Shown here piece by piece: positions 63,121 through 64,000 of a DNA stretch of 64,000 bases. Position numbers and translations under genes: made by a program. The stretch is from Mobula hypostoma (Eukaryota). Every line of letters begins with the position of its first letter. Position 1 is the stretch's first letter. The notes below the pieces were generated by a model. It had not been told where the DNA came from. It was given only the letters and a program-made list of their open reading frames with translations, and made no database searches. The stretch lies in contig NC_086109.1 of NCBI RefSeq assembly GCF_963921235.1, forward strand, positions 34,970,001 through 35,034,000, read 5' to 3'.

Positions 63121-64000
63121 CAATCATCATCATAGCTTGTTACACCAGGCAGCCAGCCACTCCAGAGTTGTTTGGTTGATGTTGAACAGGTCAGTGTCAG
63201 CTGAATCAGGTGAGAGTGGGCAGTTGCGCAGAACATGTTCAAAGTTCTGCACCCTTTCGCCACACTCACAGGATTCGCTGGTCTTTAAACCCCACTTCAC
63301 CATGTTGCCTCCCGTCCTACAAACTCTCGCTCTCGCTCTGTTAAGAGTGCACCACTTCCGTCGGTCAAGCAGTGCCCCGTCTGGTAACATTTCTGTGGGG
63401 TCTTGCACTGTACTGTTTGGTGGGGTTCTGGCTTCTGTTTGTTGCCAGAGGTCAATCCTGTATGTTTGGGGCGATGTCCCGTGCGGTAGTTCCCCTACTG
63501 TAGCAAAGCTTTTCCTCGATTTTAGGTAGTTGGAAACTGGTACATGATGGTACATGAGTGGGTGCCGTGGATCCGAGCTCTGTTAATCTTTTTCAATTTT
63601 TGTTGTAGTGTGTCTTTGGATCTCTGGGGGAGCAATGCCTACAAGTCTGTAAATGATGTTAGTGGGTGTGGGGTGCAGTGTGCCTGTGATTATTTGGCAG
63701 GCTTCGTCTATTTTCTTCACATGGGCTGATCTGCCCCACACAGGTGCACAGTATTCTGCAGGTGCATAGCAGAGTGCTAGGGCAGTTGATCTAAGTGTGT
63801 GAGCATTAGCTCCCCATTTCGTGCCTGCTAATTTTTTCAAGAGAGAATTGTGAGATCCAACTTTCCCTCGGAGTTTTTGGATGTGGGTGGCAAGTGACAA
63901 CGTTGTATCCAGTGTCACGCCAGGTAAATTGGAGTCAGATGGTGTTCGAGCTCCTTCCCACACCAGAAGATCTTGAGTTTCCGAGCTGCTTCTGGATTCC
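63121..64000 (-). mobile_element. Vingi/Ingi-like non-LTR retrotransposon 3' part (continues past the window edge)
   Basis: GVTLD.TLS..HIQKLRGKV..NSLLKKLAGTKWGA..LALCYAPAEYCAPVW..GIAPPEI; C-terminal CECG..H....C knuckle; (TGA)n tail; one frameshift. Confidence 0.75.

Overview
Repeat-rich, AT-rich vertebrate genomic DNA. It is most likely from a cartilaginous fish (ray or shark), inferred from HE1/V-SINE-like, CR1, Rex1/Babar-like and Penelope repeats. There are no prokaryotic features. Main contents: (1) One young LTR-retrotransposon family is present three times: a solo LTR (1023-1885) and two ~5-kb proviruses (6282-11351, 50869-55842). They encode a Gmr1-like Gag (SCAN-type capsid plus CCHC knuckle) and a protease, followed by an in-frame mosaic of catalytically dead integrase, RT and RNase H scraps. 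This looks like a non-autonomous 'Gag-protease + vestigial Pol' lineage. (2) Many Penelope-like 3' ends carry minimal type-I hammerhead ribozyme motifs, including ~80-100-nt mini-insertions that start right at the ribozyme. (3) There is an old canonical Gypsy element, numerous CR1 and Rex1-like LINE fragments, Hero-like and Vingi-like LINE ends, V-SINEs, a composite hAT element and an internally deleted Tigger containing a ~330-bp palindrome, with several multi-level nests. (4) Small minus-strand exon candidates (about 62.7 kb down to 24.8 kb) splice in frame into an unidentified host protein. All family assignments come from recognising motifs by eye, not from database searches. Boundaries of old repeats are approximate.
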